64,000 bases of DNA from Candidatus Firestoneibacteriota bacterium. GTDB lineage: Bacteria; Oederibacteriota; D2-FULL-39-29; JBBTED01. Below, one piece after another: positions 1 to 9,299 of the stretch. The notes below the pieces were generated by a model. That model did no database searches. It was not told the origin of the DNA and was given only the letters and a program-made list of their open reading frames with translations. The position numbers were made by a program, and so were the translations under genes. Position 1 is the first letter of the stretch. Every line of letters starts with the position of its first letter. Location: positions 1 to 64,000 of the forward strand of contig JBBTED010000018.1 of assembly GCA_038042445.1 (NCBI GenBank), written 5' to 3'.

Positions 1-872
1 ATCCAGCAGGATTGGGTAATTATTGTAGTAGCCGATTTATCGGCGAATTAGAGTTGATGTATGCAAAGAAATATTTAGGAATAGATGAGGATAATTTAAG
101 TGACTGGTATTTGGGGTATGTAATGTCATTAGGAGAAATAGGAAGCATAGGAGTAGGAGATTTATTATTCACATCAGGCAAATACAAGGAGAACACAGGA
201 GTGATAAGCTATGGTAAGGAGTTTGGGAATATAAGTTGTGGAGTAAGTATAAAGTTAATGAGTGTGATGTATGAGGAAAATGAATACACGAGATTGGACC
301 CATTGTTTAATGCAAATGGATATAGCAAAACAAAAGTAGGAATAGATATAGGAATAATATATAGAATGAATGAAGAGTTGCGAGTAGGAGCAAGTGTGGA
401 GAATGCGAATAAGCCGAATATGACATTAGGAAATGTATCAGGCGAAGAATTGCCAATGATAATACGAATAGGCAGTTCATATAGAATAGGTAACTTCACA
501 CCAGCAATAGACGTGTCATACAGGGACAGGAATATCAACGGCAAAAAAGATGTGAATGTATATGGCGGAGTAGAATATATTGTAGGACAGTCATCCAGCG
601 GCACAGGACAAGCATTCAGCAGCATAGGACAGACATCTTGTCTGTCAGAAGTAGAACAGACGTCTGGTGTAGAGCAAGCATCTCGCATAGAACAAAATTC
701 CCGTCTGTCAGATCTAATCATCCGAGCAGGAGCAAATTTAGATGAAGTGTCACTTGGAGCAAGCTATAGTTTTATCAGTGGAATGAAAATAGATTACGCA
801 TTTATTTATCCATTTGCCGCAATAAAAGGCATATTAGGTTCTCACCGTTTTGGTCTCACATGGCAATTGTAA
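1..872 (+). CDS. PorP/SprF-like (type IX secretion-type) outer-membrane beta-barrel protein, 5'-truncated by window edge
   Basis: The frame is open upstream of the track start (nt 3: PAGLGN, matching NPAGLTN in the 59125 paralog). Shared motifs are DPLF, N.P...L, IDYAF.YP and GSHR, with an aromatic C-terminal strand. Confidence 0.65.
   Translation, partial: PAGLGNYCSSRFIGELELMYAKKYLGIDEDNLSDWYLGYVMSLGEIGSIGVGDLLFTSGKYKENTGVISYGKEFGNISCGVSIKLMSVMYEENEYTRLDPLFNANGYSKTKVGIDIGIIYRMNEELRVGASVENANKPNMTLGNVSGEELPMIIRIGSSYRIGNFTPAIDVSYRDRNINGKKDVNVYGGVEYIVGQSSSGTGQAFSSIGQTSCLSEVEQTSGVEQASRIEQNSRLSDLIIRAGANLDEVSLGASYSFISGMKIDYAFIYPFAAIKGILGSHRFGLTWQL
25..45 (+). repeat. GTAG-type REP-like palindrome, family A (GTAG-TW-GCCGA-TTTA-TCGGC), in frame inside CDS
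   Basis: gtagtagccgatttatcggcg; near-identical copies at 11960, 16813, 23779. Confidence 0.8.
582..713 (+). repeat. In-frame tandem array of six degenerate REP-like units (21,21,27,18,18,27 nt)
   Basis: Units begin gtagga/acagga/atagga/gtagaa/gtagag/atagaa. Unit 3 holds the hairpin gacagac-atctt-gtctgtc. The array encodes VGQSSSG-TGQAFSS-IGQTSCLSE-VEQTSG-VEQASR-IEQNSRLSD. Confidence 0.7.
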
Positions 873-908
873 TACACCAATAATTCCATCATTTTTCACA
901 AAAAGTCA

Positions 909-937
909 TTGAAATAAATAAATAAATAAAATATAAT
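909..937 (+). promoter_or_regulatory. Putative sigma-70 promoter for the radical SAM/glycan cluster
   Basis: TTGAAA(909-914)-17 nt-TATAAT(932-937); the AT-rich background lowers specificity. Confidence 0.5.
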
Positions 938-1001
938 AATTTTTTAATGCAAATATGCTTTATAAATGAAGTTTTTTTAGAACTAAGAGGGTATATAAAA
1001 A

Positions 1002-2108
1002 ATGGCAAATAAAATTTTAAGGTGGGTCAAAACTATTAATTATCCATCATACGTGATATTTTTTGTTACAGCGAAGTGTAATGCAAATTGCAAGATGTGT
1101 TTTTATAAAGATAATATGATAAAGATGGAAGGCGCTAAAAATGAATTAACAGTAGAAGAGTATGAAAAAATAAGTAAAAGTTTGAAATTGATAAATATAT
1201 TGGGTATTTCAGGAGGAGAGCCATTTTTACGTGATGATTTGTCTGAAATTATAAAAATTCTTTATAAAAACTGTTCTCCATTAGTTGTTGACCTTCCTAC
1301 AAATGGATTTTATACACAAAAAATAGTGTCACAGGTTGAGGATATAGCTAAACATTGCAAGAATATGACTGTTGATGTGCAGCTTTCCATAGATGGTCCA
1401 GAAAAAATACATAATGAAATACGAGGTCTTAAAGATGGATTCAGCAGGCTTAAAGAGACATATAAAGAATTGTCAGAGTTAAAGAAGAAATATAAAAATT
1501 TATATTTAAAAGGGTGCGTGGTTTATTCATCGTATAATCAGAATAGTATTGAAGAACTTTTTGACATACTTAATAAAGATTTTAAAAATTTTGACAGAAT
1601 ATTATTTTCTGTTGCGCATGGTAGTGTTAGTAATGCAGAAGTTTTTAATTTTGACTGGGACAAATATTTTAGGATTTGTGATAAAATTAGAAACACAGCT
1701 GTTGTGAAAAATATTACAGATTTTCATTCTATATTTACTATAGCTTTAAGAATGCTTAAGAATGATAGATTGAAAGAAGTTTTAAAAACAAAAGATATGT
1801 ATAAAAAATGTGGGGCAGGTAAGAGAGTAATAGTTGTTAATGAAACTGGCAAGGTTTTTCCTTGTGAACCATTATGGCAGCCTGTTGGCGATTTAAGAGC
1901 AAATAATTACAATATGGAAGAAATTTTAAACTCAAAAGAAATGAAAGATTTTAAAAAGAATATTATTAAGAAAAAATGCACTTGTCATTGGGGATTGCCT
2001 TTATCAAATACATTGATTTACACACCCAAATATTACCCTAAAATATTGCTTGAAATGTCAAAAATAATTGGTAGAAGTATGTCATCTGAAGGTAGCCGCG
2101 GGCTTTAG
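1002..2108 (+). CDS. Radical SAM protein with SPASM/twitch-type C-terminus
   Basis: CNANCKMC, SGGEP, SIDG, C-terminal CGAG...G.VFPC...CTC. Confidence 0.9.
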   Translation: MANKILRWVKTINYPSYVIFFVTAKCNANCKMCFYKDNMIKMEGAKNELTVEEYEKISKSLKLINILGISGGEPFLRDDLSEIIKILYKNCSPLVVDLPTNGFYTQKIVSQVEDIAKHCKNMTVDVQLSIDGPEKIHNEIRGLKDGFSRLKETYKELSELKKKYKNLYLKGCVVYSSYNQNSIEELFDILNKDFKNFDRILFSVAHGSVSNAEVFNFDWDKYFRICDKIRNTAVVKNITDFHSIFTIALRMLKNDRLKEVLKTKDMYKKCGAGKRVIVVNETGKVFPCEPLWQPVGDLRANNYNMEEILNSKEMKDFKKNIIKKKCTCHWGLPLSNTLIYTPKYYPKILLEMSKIIGRSMSSEGSRGL

Positions 2109-2114
2109 CCCACG
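2092..2114 (+). repeat. GTAG-type REP-like hairpin overlapping the stop codon
   Basis: gtagc-cgcgggc-ttta-gcccacg; GC-rich in AT-rich DNA; supplies the last codons and the TAG at 2106-2108. Confidence 0.65.
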
Positions 2115-2123
2115 TCAATTTAT

Positions 2124-2951
2124 ATGTCTTTAAAATTAGACTTGCATGTTCATTCTGCATCACGTGGAGAAATTTTTATAAATGCAAATCAGTTACGCAA
2201 ATATTTAGAACACAACAAGATAAATGGAGTTGCAATAGTTAATTTTTTTGATATTTCTCATGCTATTTCACTTAAAGATGAAATTAAGGACTATATAATA
2301 ATAGTAGGTCAGGAAATATGGTCAAATGAAGGGCATATAATAGGTTTGGGGCTAAAAAATAAAATACAGGATTTTCAAAGTGCAAAAGAAATTATAGATT
2401 GTATTCATAAGCAAGGAGGTATTGCTATAGCTCCTCATCCGTATGTATTCTTGGGCGCAGGTGAAAAAGTTATGTCATTTGGAATAGATGCGATAGAGTC
2501 TTATAATGCATTTATGGGCGCAACTATAATTCCAAATTATTTGGCTATGAAATCTGCAAAAAAAAAGAATATTCCACAAGTTGCTTCTACAGATACAACA
2601 GGCGCAAGATTTATAGGTTTAAGTCATACAGAAGTTATGGTTGAAGATCCTAATTTGATATTTGATGCGATTAGGTCGGGAAATGTTCGGTTGCACAAGA
2701 AAGCATTGCCAATTCCATTCAAATATATTTTAAAAAATATATTTGAATTTAAAGATGTAGAACCATGTTTAACTCATGCAGTCCCGTGTTTTGTATGTGG
2801 AAAGTCTATGACAATTAGATTATTTAAGAGAAAGTTTCAGTGTATTGATTGTGGTGTAGTCCAAAATTCACGAATTGCATGTTGTAATGGACATTATTTG
2901 TGTATGAAATGTATTATAAAAAGAGATATAACTATTGCAGAGAAATTATGA
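2124..2951 (+). CDS. PHP-domain protein (degenerate metal motifs) with C-terminal Cys-rich Zn-finger-like domain
   Basis: DLHVHS, GQEI, GHII, APHPY; C-terminal CFVC..CIDC..CCNGHYLCMKC. Confidence 0.75.
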   Translation: MSLKLDLHVHSASRGEIFINANQLRKYLEHNKINGVAIVNFFDISHAISLKDEIKDYIIIVGQEIWSNEGHIIGLGLKNKIQDFQSAKEIIDCIHKQGGIAIAPHPYVFLGAGEKVMSFGIDAIESYNAFMGATIIPNYLAMKSAKKKNIPQVASTDTTGARFIGLSHTEVMVEDPNLIFDAIRSGNVRLHKKALPIPFKYILKNIFEFKDVEPCLTHAVPCFVCGKSMTIRLFKRKFQCIDCGVVQNSRIACCNGHYLCMKCIIKRDITIAEKL

Positions 2952-2964
2952 AAAAGGAAAAACA

Positions 2965-4434
2965 ATGAAGGTTTTACTTATCTATCCACAATATCCACAC
3001 AGTAGTGAGTTTGATTCAAGAGCTCCTTCAATGTCATTGGTATATCTTGCTTCTACTCTTGAACGTTATGGCCATACTGTGACTATTTACGATGCATCTT
3101 CAGGACCAATTACTAAAATTGATAAAGTATTTCGTTATGGATTTTCTGAAGAGGATGTCTATGATTTTTTGAAAAGTCAAAGTTTTGATATTGTAGGTAT
3201 AACTTGTTCTTTTACTGCCAGATGGAGATTTGTTGCGAAGATTGTAAACCAAGTAAAAGAAATATATCCTAATGTTCCAGTTGTTGTAGGAGGTTTATTC
3301 CCAACTACAAGTTGGGAATATTGTTTAAATAATTCTAAAGCAATAGATATTATAATGCTTGGTGAAGCAGAGTTGGGTTTTGCAGAAATAGTTAATAGTA
3401 TTTCTAAAGGAGATAGTATTGTTGATGCTTGTAAAAATGTAGATGGTGTGGTTTACAGAAATGCAGATAAAATACTTTGCAATCCTAAAAATAAGTATAA
3501 TGATAAGCTTGATGATTTGCCTTTTCCTGCATGGCATTTAGTTGATTTGAAAAAACAATTTTTGCTACAAAAAAATATCTATGAACTTCCGACACCTTGT
3601 CTCCCTATTTTATCATCAAGAAGTTGTCCCAACAGGTGTAAATTTTGCAATATGTATATCACACATGGTTCTGTCTGGCGTGCTCGTTCTGCAGAAAGTG
3701 TTCTCAATGAATTGGAATATTTAATAAAGAAGTTTAATATTCACAATTATTATTTTGTTGATGATAATTTTAGTATTAATCGTGAAAGGGCAAAAAATAT
3801 TTGTAAAGGTATTATTGCAAGAAAGCTTAATATAAAATATAATTTTCATAATGGGTTAAGTATTAAAACTATAGATGAGGAATTAGTGCAATTGATGAAA
3901 GTGTCCGGTTGTACAAGTGTTTGTTTAGGAATTGAATCAGGGAGCGAACGTATTCGCAATGGAGTGTATGGAAAAAATCTTAGCACTGAAAGAATAATTG
4001 AGGTTTGTGAATTATTTCATAAAGCAAAAATTCCTGCAATTGGATTTTTTATGGTAGGGGCACCGGGTGAGGATAGATCTGATTTTGAAAAGACAAAAGA
4101 GTTGGTAAAAAAACTTCCAATGTGTCTTGCAACTGTTGGTAATTATATGCCATATCCGGGAACTGAACTTTATGATGAATGCAAAGAAAAAGGTTGGCTT
4201 ATTGAAATGTCTCCTGATGATCCAAATAGGGTTGAGATGTTTTCCGCTATGTTAAAAACTCCTGATTTTGGTCCAGAAGATATAGCTAAATGGAAGAAAG
4301 AGTTGTATCTCACTTTTATACGATATCATTGGTGGACTTTGTTTAAAGAGGCATTTCGTCCTTTTGGTGTTGTTAATCTTGATATGATTGGAAAATTCTT
4401 TGGGGTTTTTAAGTTTCATCGCGCAAAACATTAG
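2965..4434 (+). CDS. Cobalamin-binding-domain radical SAM protein
   Basis: N-terminal KVLLIYP...VGIT...VVGG...GEAE; SRSCPNRCKFC; DDNF; GIESGS; PYPGT. Start moved to ATG 2965 after an AGGA element. Confidence 0.9.
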   Translation: MKVLLIYPQYPHSSEFDSRAPSMSLVYLASTLERYGHTVTIYDASSGPITKIDKVFRYGFSEEDVYDFLKSQSFDIVGITCSFTARWRFVAKIVNQVKEIYPNVPVVVGGLFPTTSWEYCLNNSKAIDIIMLGEAELGFAEIVNSISKGDSIVDACKNVDGVVYRNADKILCNPKNKYNDKLDDLPFPAWHLVDLKKQFLLQKNIYELPTPCLPILSSRSCPNRCKFCNMYITHGSVWRARSAESVLNELEYLIKKFNIHNYYFVDDNFSINRERAKNICKGIIARKLNIKYNFHNGLSIKTIDEELVQLMKVSGCTSVCLGIESGSERIRNGVYGKNLSTERIIEVCELFHKAKIPAIGFFMVGAPGEDRSDFEKTKELVKKLPMCLATVGNYMPYPGTELYDECKEKGWLIEMSPDDPNRVEMFSAMLKTPDFGPEDIAKWKKELYLTFIRYHWWTLFKEAFRPFGVVNLDMIGKFFGVFKFHRAKH

Positions 4435-4455
4435 TTGTTTTAAATAAATATTTTT

Positions 4456-5490
4456 ATGAATAAATATATTTCTTATAGTAAGGGAATTATAAAAGGACAT
4501 TTTTTAAATAAGAATATTCCATTAAATATTACACTTTGTGTTACCAATAGATGTAATTTAAGATGTATATATTGCTATGAAGAGTATTATGATAGAAATC
4601 ATAAAGAATTTACAACACAGGAAATATTGAGTCTAATTGATGAGCTTGTTAGTATGGGAACAAAATATATTTCTATAAATGGTGGAGAGCCGCTTTTAAG
4701 AAATGATATTGGAATTATAGTTGATAAAATTAAAGAAAAAAATATACTGTCTCATATTAGCACCAATGGACTTCTTATAAAAAACAACATTTCTGTTGTC
4801 CGAAAATTTAATTCTGTTGCGATAAGTATTGATGGAGGGAAAGAAAGTACAGATAACAATAGGGGTAAAGGAGTTTATGATAAGCTTATTGAAGCTTTTG
4901 AATGTTTGAAAGAAAATAACATTAAATTTCATACACAGACTGTTCTTACTAAGAATAACAAAAATGCAGTTGATGAAATTATGTCTCTTGCTTTAAAATA
5001 TAAATTTGACGCTCAGTTTAGTCCATTACGATGTGAGGATTCTCCATCTAAGAATATAAGTTTGAGTGATGATGAACTAAAAGAAATTACTAAGAAAATC
5101 ATAAAATATAAAAAATCCGGATTACCTATTTTCTATTCAGGGGAAGCATATAAAAATATATTAAATTGGCCATTTTCGTATGATAAACAGATAATTTTGG
5201 ATGAAATACCTAAAAATTATGAAGCTGTAAAATGTTATATAAAAAGATTTGCATGTCATATTGAAGCGAATGGTTTAGTGTATCCTTGCATAGTTTTGGT
5301 TAATAAATTTAAAGCATTGAATTTATTAGAAGTTGGTTTTAAAAAAGCATGGGAAAATTTATTAGATAATAATTGCAAAGCTTGTTATAATGTTTGTTGT
5401 AATGATTTCAATTTGATTTTTGGATTTAATATTAAGGTACTGTTAAATGCAATAAATATTGCTTTGGGTCGTATTTTTCATAAAATATAA
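4456..5490 (+). CDS. Radical SAM protein with SPASM/twitch-type C-terminus
   Basis: CNLRCIYC, GGEPLLR, STNG, SIDG, G.VYPC...CKAC...C. Confidence 0.9.
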   Translation: MNKYISYSKGIIKGHFLNKNIPLNITLCVTNRCNLRCIYCYEEYYDRNHKEFTTQEILSLIDELVSMGTKYISINGGEPLLRNDIGIIVDKIKEKNILSHISTNGLLIKNNISVVRKFNSVAISIDGGKESTDNNRGKGVYDKLIEAFECLKENNIKFHTQTVLTKNNKNAVDEIMSLALKYKFDAQFSPLRCEDSPSKNISLSDDELKEITKKIIKYKKSGLPIFYSGEAYKNILNWPFSYDKQIILDEIPKNYEAVKCYIKRFACHIEANGLVYPCIVLVNKFKALNLLEVGFKKAWENLLDNNCKACYNVCCNDFNLIFGFNIKVLLNAINIALGRIFHKI

Positions 5491-5505
5491 TATAGAGAGA
5501 AAATT

Positions 5506-6594
5506 ATGAAATATAAAGTAGCAATTGGTAAATATCAGGAGTTTGAGGATGTTCTTAAAAAAATTGGTGGTCTTGAAAAATTTGTAAAGCCTAATGACAA
5601 AGTTTTTATAAAACCAAATTTTTGTGCCACTAAATCTTATGATACAGGAACAGTCACCAATCCTTATTTGATTGAAAAACTACTCATTTTATTAAAAAAG
5701 ATAACAAATAATATTACAATAGGAGAAGGCCCTATTCCTGTTTTTGGTAAATTATCTAAAACAGTGCATCCATTAGTATATGAGATTGCAGAAAAATACA
5801 ATGTTGAAATACTTGATTTGAATTATACAGACAAAGAAACAATAGGGTCATTTGTTGTTGCTAAACCTATATTGGAAGCAGATGTCCTAATAAATATGCC
5901 GGTTTTAAAAACACATGTAAGAACAGGAGTAACAATTTCTCTTAAAAATATGATGGGTGCTGTTCCACTTAGGTTAAAGCATGAAATGCACAAAAATGGA
6001 CTTGATATTAGAATTGTGGAATTGGCAAAAGTTATAAAACCACATTTAAATATTGTTGATGCTACTATATGTCAGGAAGGTGAGGGGCCTACTGCTGGAA
6101 CACCTGTTGGATTGGATTTGGTAATTGCAGGTGATAATCAAGTTGCAGTTGATTCAATGTGTTGTAAAATTATGAAGGTAAATCCACGTATTATTACACA
6201 TATTAGATTAGCAGAAAAAGCAAAATTGGGTTCTATAAGTGATGTAGAATTTATAGGGTTTAAACCTGAATTTGTACACAAGTTCAAACTTGCTTCTATG
6301 TATAAAAATATGTTTATAAGGTTGGGTATGCAGATAGCAGAGGGCTCAATTATACAATTTTTTGAAAGAAATAATGGTATTTTAATCGATAAAAGTAAAT
6401 GTACAAAATGTAATAAGTGTGTCCAAGCATGTCCTGTTACTGCATTGGTTATGTTTGATGAGGGGCCTGTTGTAGAGAATAAAAAATGTATTTTATGCTT
6501 ATGTTGTCATGAAGCATGTTTGAATAAAGCAATAATGATTAAGAAAAAAGGAATTACAGGATCCGGTATAATAAATAGTATGAAAACAAAATAG
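5506..6594 (+). CDS. DUF362-domain protein fused to 2x[4Fe-4S] ferredoxin domain
   Basis: V.IKPN, TNP, INMPVLKTH, LKN.MG, EGEGP..G, D.VAVD; CTKCNKCVQACP and CILCLCCHEAC. Confidence 0.85.
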   Translation: MKYKVAIGKYQEFEDVLKKIGGLEKFVKPNDKVFIKPNFCATKSYDTGTVTNPYLIEKLLILLKKITNNITIGEGPIPVFGKLSKTVHPLVYEIAEKYNVEILDLNYTDKETIGSFVVAKPILEADVLINMPVLKTHVRTGVTISLKNMMGAVPLRLKHEMHKNGLDIRIVELAKVIKPHLNIVDATICQEGEGPTAGTPVGLDLVIAGDNQVAVDSMCCKIMKVNPRIITHIRLAEKAKLGSISDVEFIGFKPEFVHKFKLASMYKNMFIRLGMQIAEGSIIQFFERNNGILIDKSKCTKCNKCVQACPVTALVMFDEGPVVENKKCILCLCCHEACLNKAIMIKKKGITGSGIINSMKTK

Positions 6595-6624
6595 TAAAAT
6601 TATATAATAATAAAAGGAGGGTAA

Positions 6625-7662
6625 ATGTCTAAAATAAAAGATATCGTGAATTTAACGAGGAAGGCGAGATTGTATGCGAGGGTTGGGTTAAAAGGGGTTA
6701 CATTATCAAAGTTTTATGTAATGGTGAGGTATTGGATTTTAACTAATGTGTTTAAGAAAGCAATACCATGGCTTGTGGAATTTTCAGTTACATATAGGTG
6801 TCAATGTAAATGTCCACATTGCTCAGTAGGAGACTACTTGGATAAAGCAAGCAAAAAAGATGAGTTGACTAATGATCAAATAAAAGGTGTTTTAACACAG
6901 ATATCTGAAATGGGAATACCAAAAGTTGATTTTTTTGGTGGGGAACCATTGATTAAAGAAGGTATTGCGGATTTAATTGAGTTTGGTGCAAAAAAAGGAT
7001 TGTATATGTCAGTTACTACTAATGCATGGTTACTTACAAAAGAAAAGACAAAAGAGTTAAAACGCGCAGGTATTAGTTGTATAAATATAAGTTTGGATAG
7101 TACATCTGAAGAACTTCATGATAGGCTTAGGGGTTTGCCCGGGCTTTACAAAAAAGTGTTAGATGGAATACAGTATTGTTATGAAGAAGGTATTCCTTGT
7201 ATAGCATCAACTTATGTAACTAAAAATAGTATAAAAAATTTTGGTACAGGAAAAACAGATGATAGCGCATTAACCCAAATAATTAATTTATCAAAAAAAT
7301 CAAAAGCTTCAGGAATACGAATTCTATTTCCTATACTTTCAGGAAGATGGGAAAAAGATAAAAAGAAAGAGTTTACTGAAGAAGAAAAAAGAATGGTTAT
7401 AGAAAAATTAGATTGTTCTTTTGCTTTTATTGAAGGTGCCTATTCTGTGAAAAAAGGAGAGAAGGTTTGTCAATCTTTATGTGGAAAAATGTTTAATATT
7501 TCTCCTTATGGAGAAGTTCAAATTTGTGTTACTTTCCCAGATAGTTTTGGTGATGTTAAAACTACTCCTTTAACAGATATATTAAAAGGAATGTATAGCC
7601 ATGCGGTTTATCTTAAAAATAAAGATGGCAGATGTTGTGACACTACGGGTTTAATAAGATAA
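6625..7662 (+). CDS. Radical SAM protein with twitch/SPASM-like C-terminus
   Basis: CQCKCPHC, GGEPL, ISLDS...HD.LRG, C...ISPYGEVQIC. Confidence 0.9.
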   Translation: MSKIKDIVNLTRKARLYARVGLKGVTLSKFYVMVRYWILTNVFKKAIPWLVEFSVTYRCQCKCPHCSVGDYLDKASKKDELTNDQIKGVLTQISEMGIPKVDFFGGEPLIKEGIADLIEFGAKKGLYMSVTTNAWLLTKEKTKELKRAGISCINISLDSTSEELHDRLRGLPGLYKKVLDGIQYCYEEGIPCIASTYVTKNSIKNFGTGKTDDSALTQIINLSKKSKASGIRILFPILSGRWEKDKKKEFTEEEKRMVIEKLDCSFAFIEGAYSVKKGEKVCQSLCGKMFNISPYGEVQICVTFPDSFGDVKTTPLTDILKGMYSHAVYLKNKDGRCCDTTGLIR

Positions 7663-7678
7663 TAAGAACAGAATTATA

Positions 7679-7751
7679 TGTCACCCTGAACTTGTTTCAG
7701 GGTCTCAAAACACATTGATTTTATAGATGCTGAAATAAATTCAGCATGACA
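7679..7751. repeat. Intergenic double-hairpin element, family B (long form)
   Basis: TGTCACCCTGAACTTGTTTCAGGGTCT...AGATGCTGAAATAAATTCAGCATGACA with TGTCA/TGACA inverted ends; 4 copies in window. Confidence 0.9.
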
Positions 7752-7758
7752 AAAAATA

Positions 7759-9282
7759 ATGAATATTACATTAATACGTCCTCCTGCATATAGTGTGGGT
7801 TTAATGGGTGCACAGCTGGTTCCTTTTCTTGGAATCCTCTATATTTCAGCAGTGGCTAAAAAAAATGGCCATAATGTTGATATTATAGATATGTGTGGAG
7901 AAGATATAAATCACACAGAAATTGTGCATGGCAAATATGTTGCCTATGGTATGCCGTTTTCCAAACTAAATGAACGTTTAAAAAAATCTGATGTAATTGG
8001 TTTTACTTGTACGTTTTCACAGGATTGGGTGTTTAATAAAGAATTAATTCAGTATGTTCGCAAACTTTATCCTGCAAGTATTTTTGTTGCAGGTGGGGAA
8101 CATATTTCTGCGTTGCCAGAATATTGTTTGGAAGATTGTCCGGAATTAAATATTTGTGTTGCTGGTGAAGGAGAAGAAGTATTTGTTAAATTATTAGATG
8201 TATTAGAAAAAAAAGGTGATTTGTCAGAAGTTCCAAGTTTAACTTATCGTGAATCAAACAGTAAAACAATTTGTAATACACCAAGAGGAAACCGTATTAG
8301 AAATATAGATGAAATTCCATTGCCGTCTTGGGACCTTATTCCGTTAGAAAATTATCTTTCAAAAGGATTGAATTATCACATAAAACGAGGTCGCACAATT
8401 CCTATGCTTGCAACACGTGGGTGTCCATATAATTGCACTTTTTGTTCTAATTCTAATATGTGGGGAAATCTTTGGTTTGCGCGTGATGCTAAATTAGTTG
8501 TTGATGAAATGGAGTATTATATCAAGCATTATAACGCAAACAATTTTGTATTCTCTGATCTCACCGCAGTAGTGAACAAAAAAAGCATCATTGATTTATG
8601 CAATGAAATTTTAGCTCGCAAAATTAATATTACATTTCAGCTTCCAACATTGCGAACAGAAGCTTTGGATTATAGTGTATTAAAGTTGATGTTCGATGCT
8701 GGTTGCAGGGAATTAGATTTTGCAATTGAATCTGCTTCTAAAGAGGTATTGAAAAGTGTTAACAAAAAAAATGATCCAGGTAAAATAGTTCAATTAATGA
8801 GAGATGGATTAAATATTGGTATTAACTTGAGCACTAATATAATTATAGGGTTACCAAAAGAAGGGTGGAAAGAATTATTAACAACATATTTTTTAGTTAT
8901 AAAATTAGCTTTTGTTGGGTTACAAGAAGTTAATATTTTTCCTTTTATTCCATATCCGGGCTCAAAATTATTTAAAGATTTTTTAGAGAATAAAAAAATT
9001 GAACTCAATGATGATTATTTTTTAAATCTTTTTGCGTATGCAGATTTAGCAAGAGCAATATCATGGTCTGAAAATTTTAGCCCAAAAGTTTTAAGTTTTA
9101 TGAGAATATTTTTAATGGCTAATTTTTATTGTTTTATGTTTATTTTGCATCCTAAACGTATTGTAAAGTTAATTTTAAATACTATAAAAGGAACTCCAGC
9201 TACAAAATTAGAAGGTGTAGTAAGTAGAGTTATAAAAAACATTAAAATATCGTCATTCTCGCGAAAGCGGGAATCCATTTAA
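7759..9282 (+). CDS. Cobalamin-binding-domain radical SAM protein
   Basis: ITLIRPP, AGGEH, GEGE, TRGCPYNCTFC, IES, PYPGS. Confidence 0.9.
   Translation: MNITLIRPPAYSVGLMGAQLVPFLGILYISAVAKKNGHNVDIIDMCGEDINHTEIVHGKYVAYGMPFSKLNERLKKSDVIGFTCTFSQDWVFNKELIQYVRKLYPASIFVAGGEHISALPEYCLEDCPELNICVAGEGEEVFVKLLDVLEKKGDLSEVPSLTYRESNSKTICNTPRGNRIRNIDEIPLPSWDLIPLENYLSKGLNYHIKRGRTIPMLATRGCPYNCTFCSNSNMWGNLWFARDAKLVVDEMEYYIKHYNANNFVFSDLTAVVNKKSIIDLCNEILARKINITFQLPTLRTEALDYSVLKLMFDAGCRELDFAIESASKEVLKSVNKKNDPGKIVQLMRDGLNIGINLSTNIIIGLPKEGWKELLTTYFLVIKLAFVGLQEVNIFPFIPYPGSKLFKDFLENKKIELNDDYFLNLFAYADLARAISWSENFSPKVLSFMRIFLMANFYCFMFILHPKRIVKLILNTIKGTPATKLEGVVSRVIKNIKISSFSRKRESI
9252..9277 (+). repeat. GTCATTCYCGCGAAAGCGGGAATCCA-type palindromic element forming the CDS C-terminus
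   Basis: gtcattctcgcgaaagcgggaatcca encodes SFSRKRESI; resembles widespread RPE/dRS3-like ATTCCCG...CGGGAAT hairpins; single copy here. Confidence 0.6.
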
Positions 9283-9299
9283 TAAAGGAGTATTTTCAA

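Noticed and set aside
582..713. Possible CRISPR array
   Set aside because: Units are degenerate, adjacent without unique spacers and in frame in a CDS; no cas genes are present.
209..721. 170-aa minus-strand ORF, and the other short antisense or off-frame ORFs in the track
   Set aside because: They lie opposite or inside well-supported + strand genes, have no recognisable motifs, and are explained by codon bias.
1002..7662. RiPP cluster around the SPASM/twitch radical SAM genes
   Set aside because: Intergenic gaps are too short for a precursor gene, I see no PqqD/RRE domain, peptidase or exporter, and the context is sugar metabolism.
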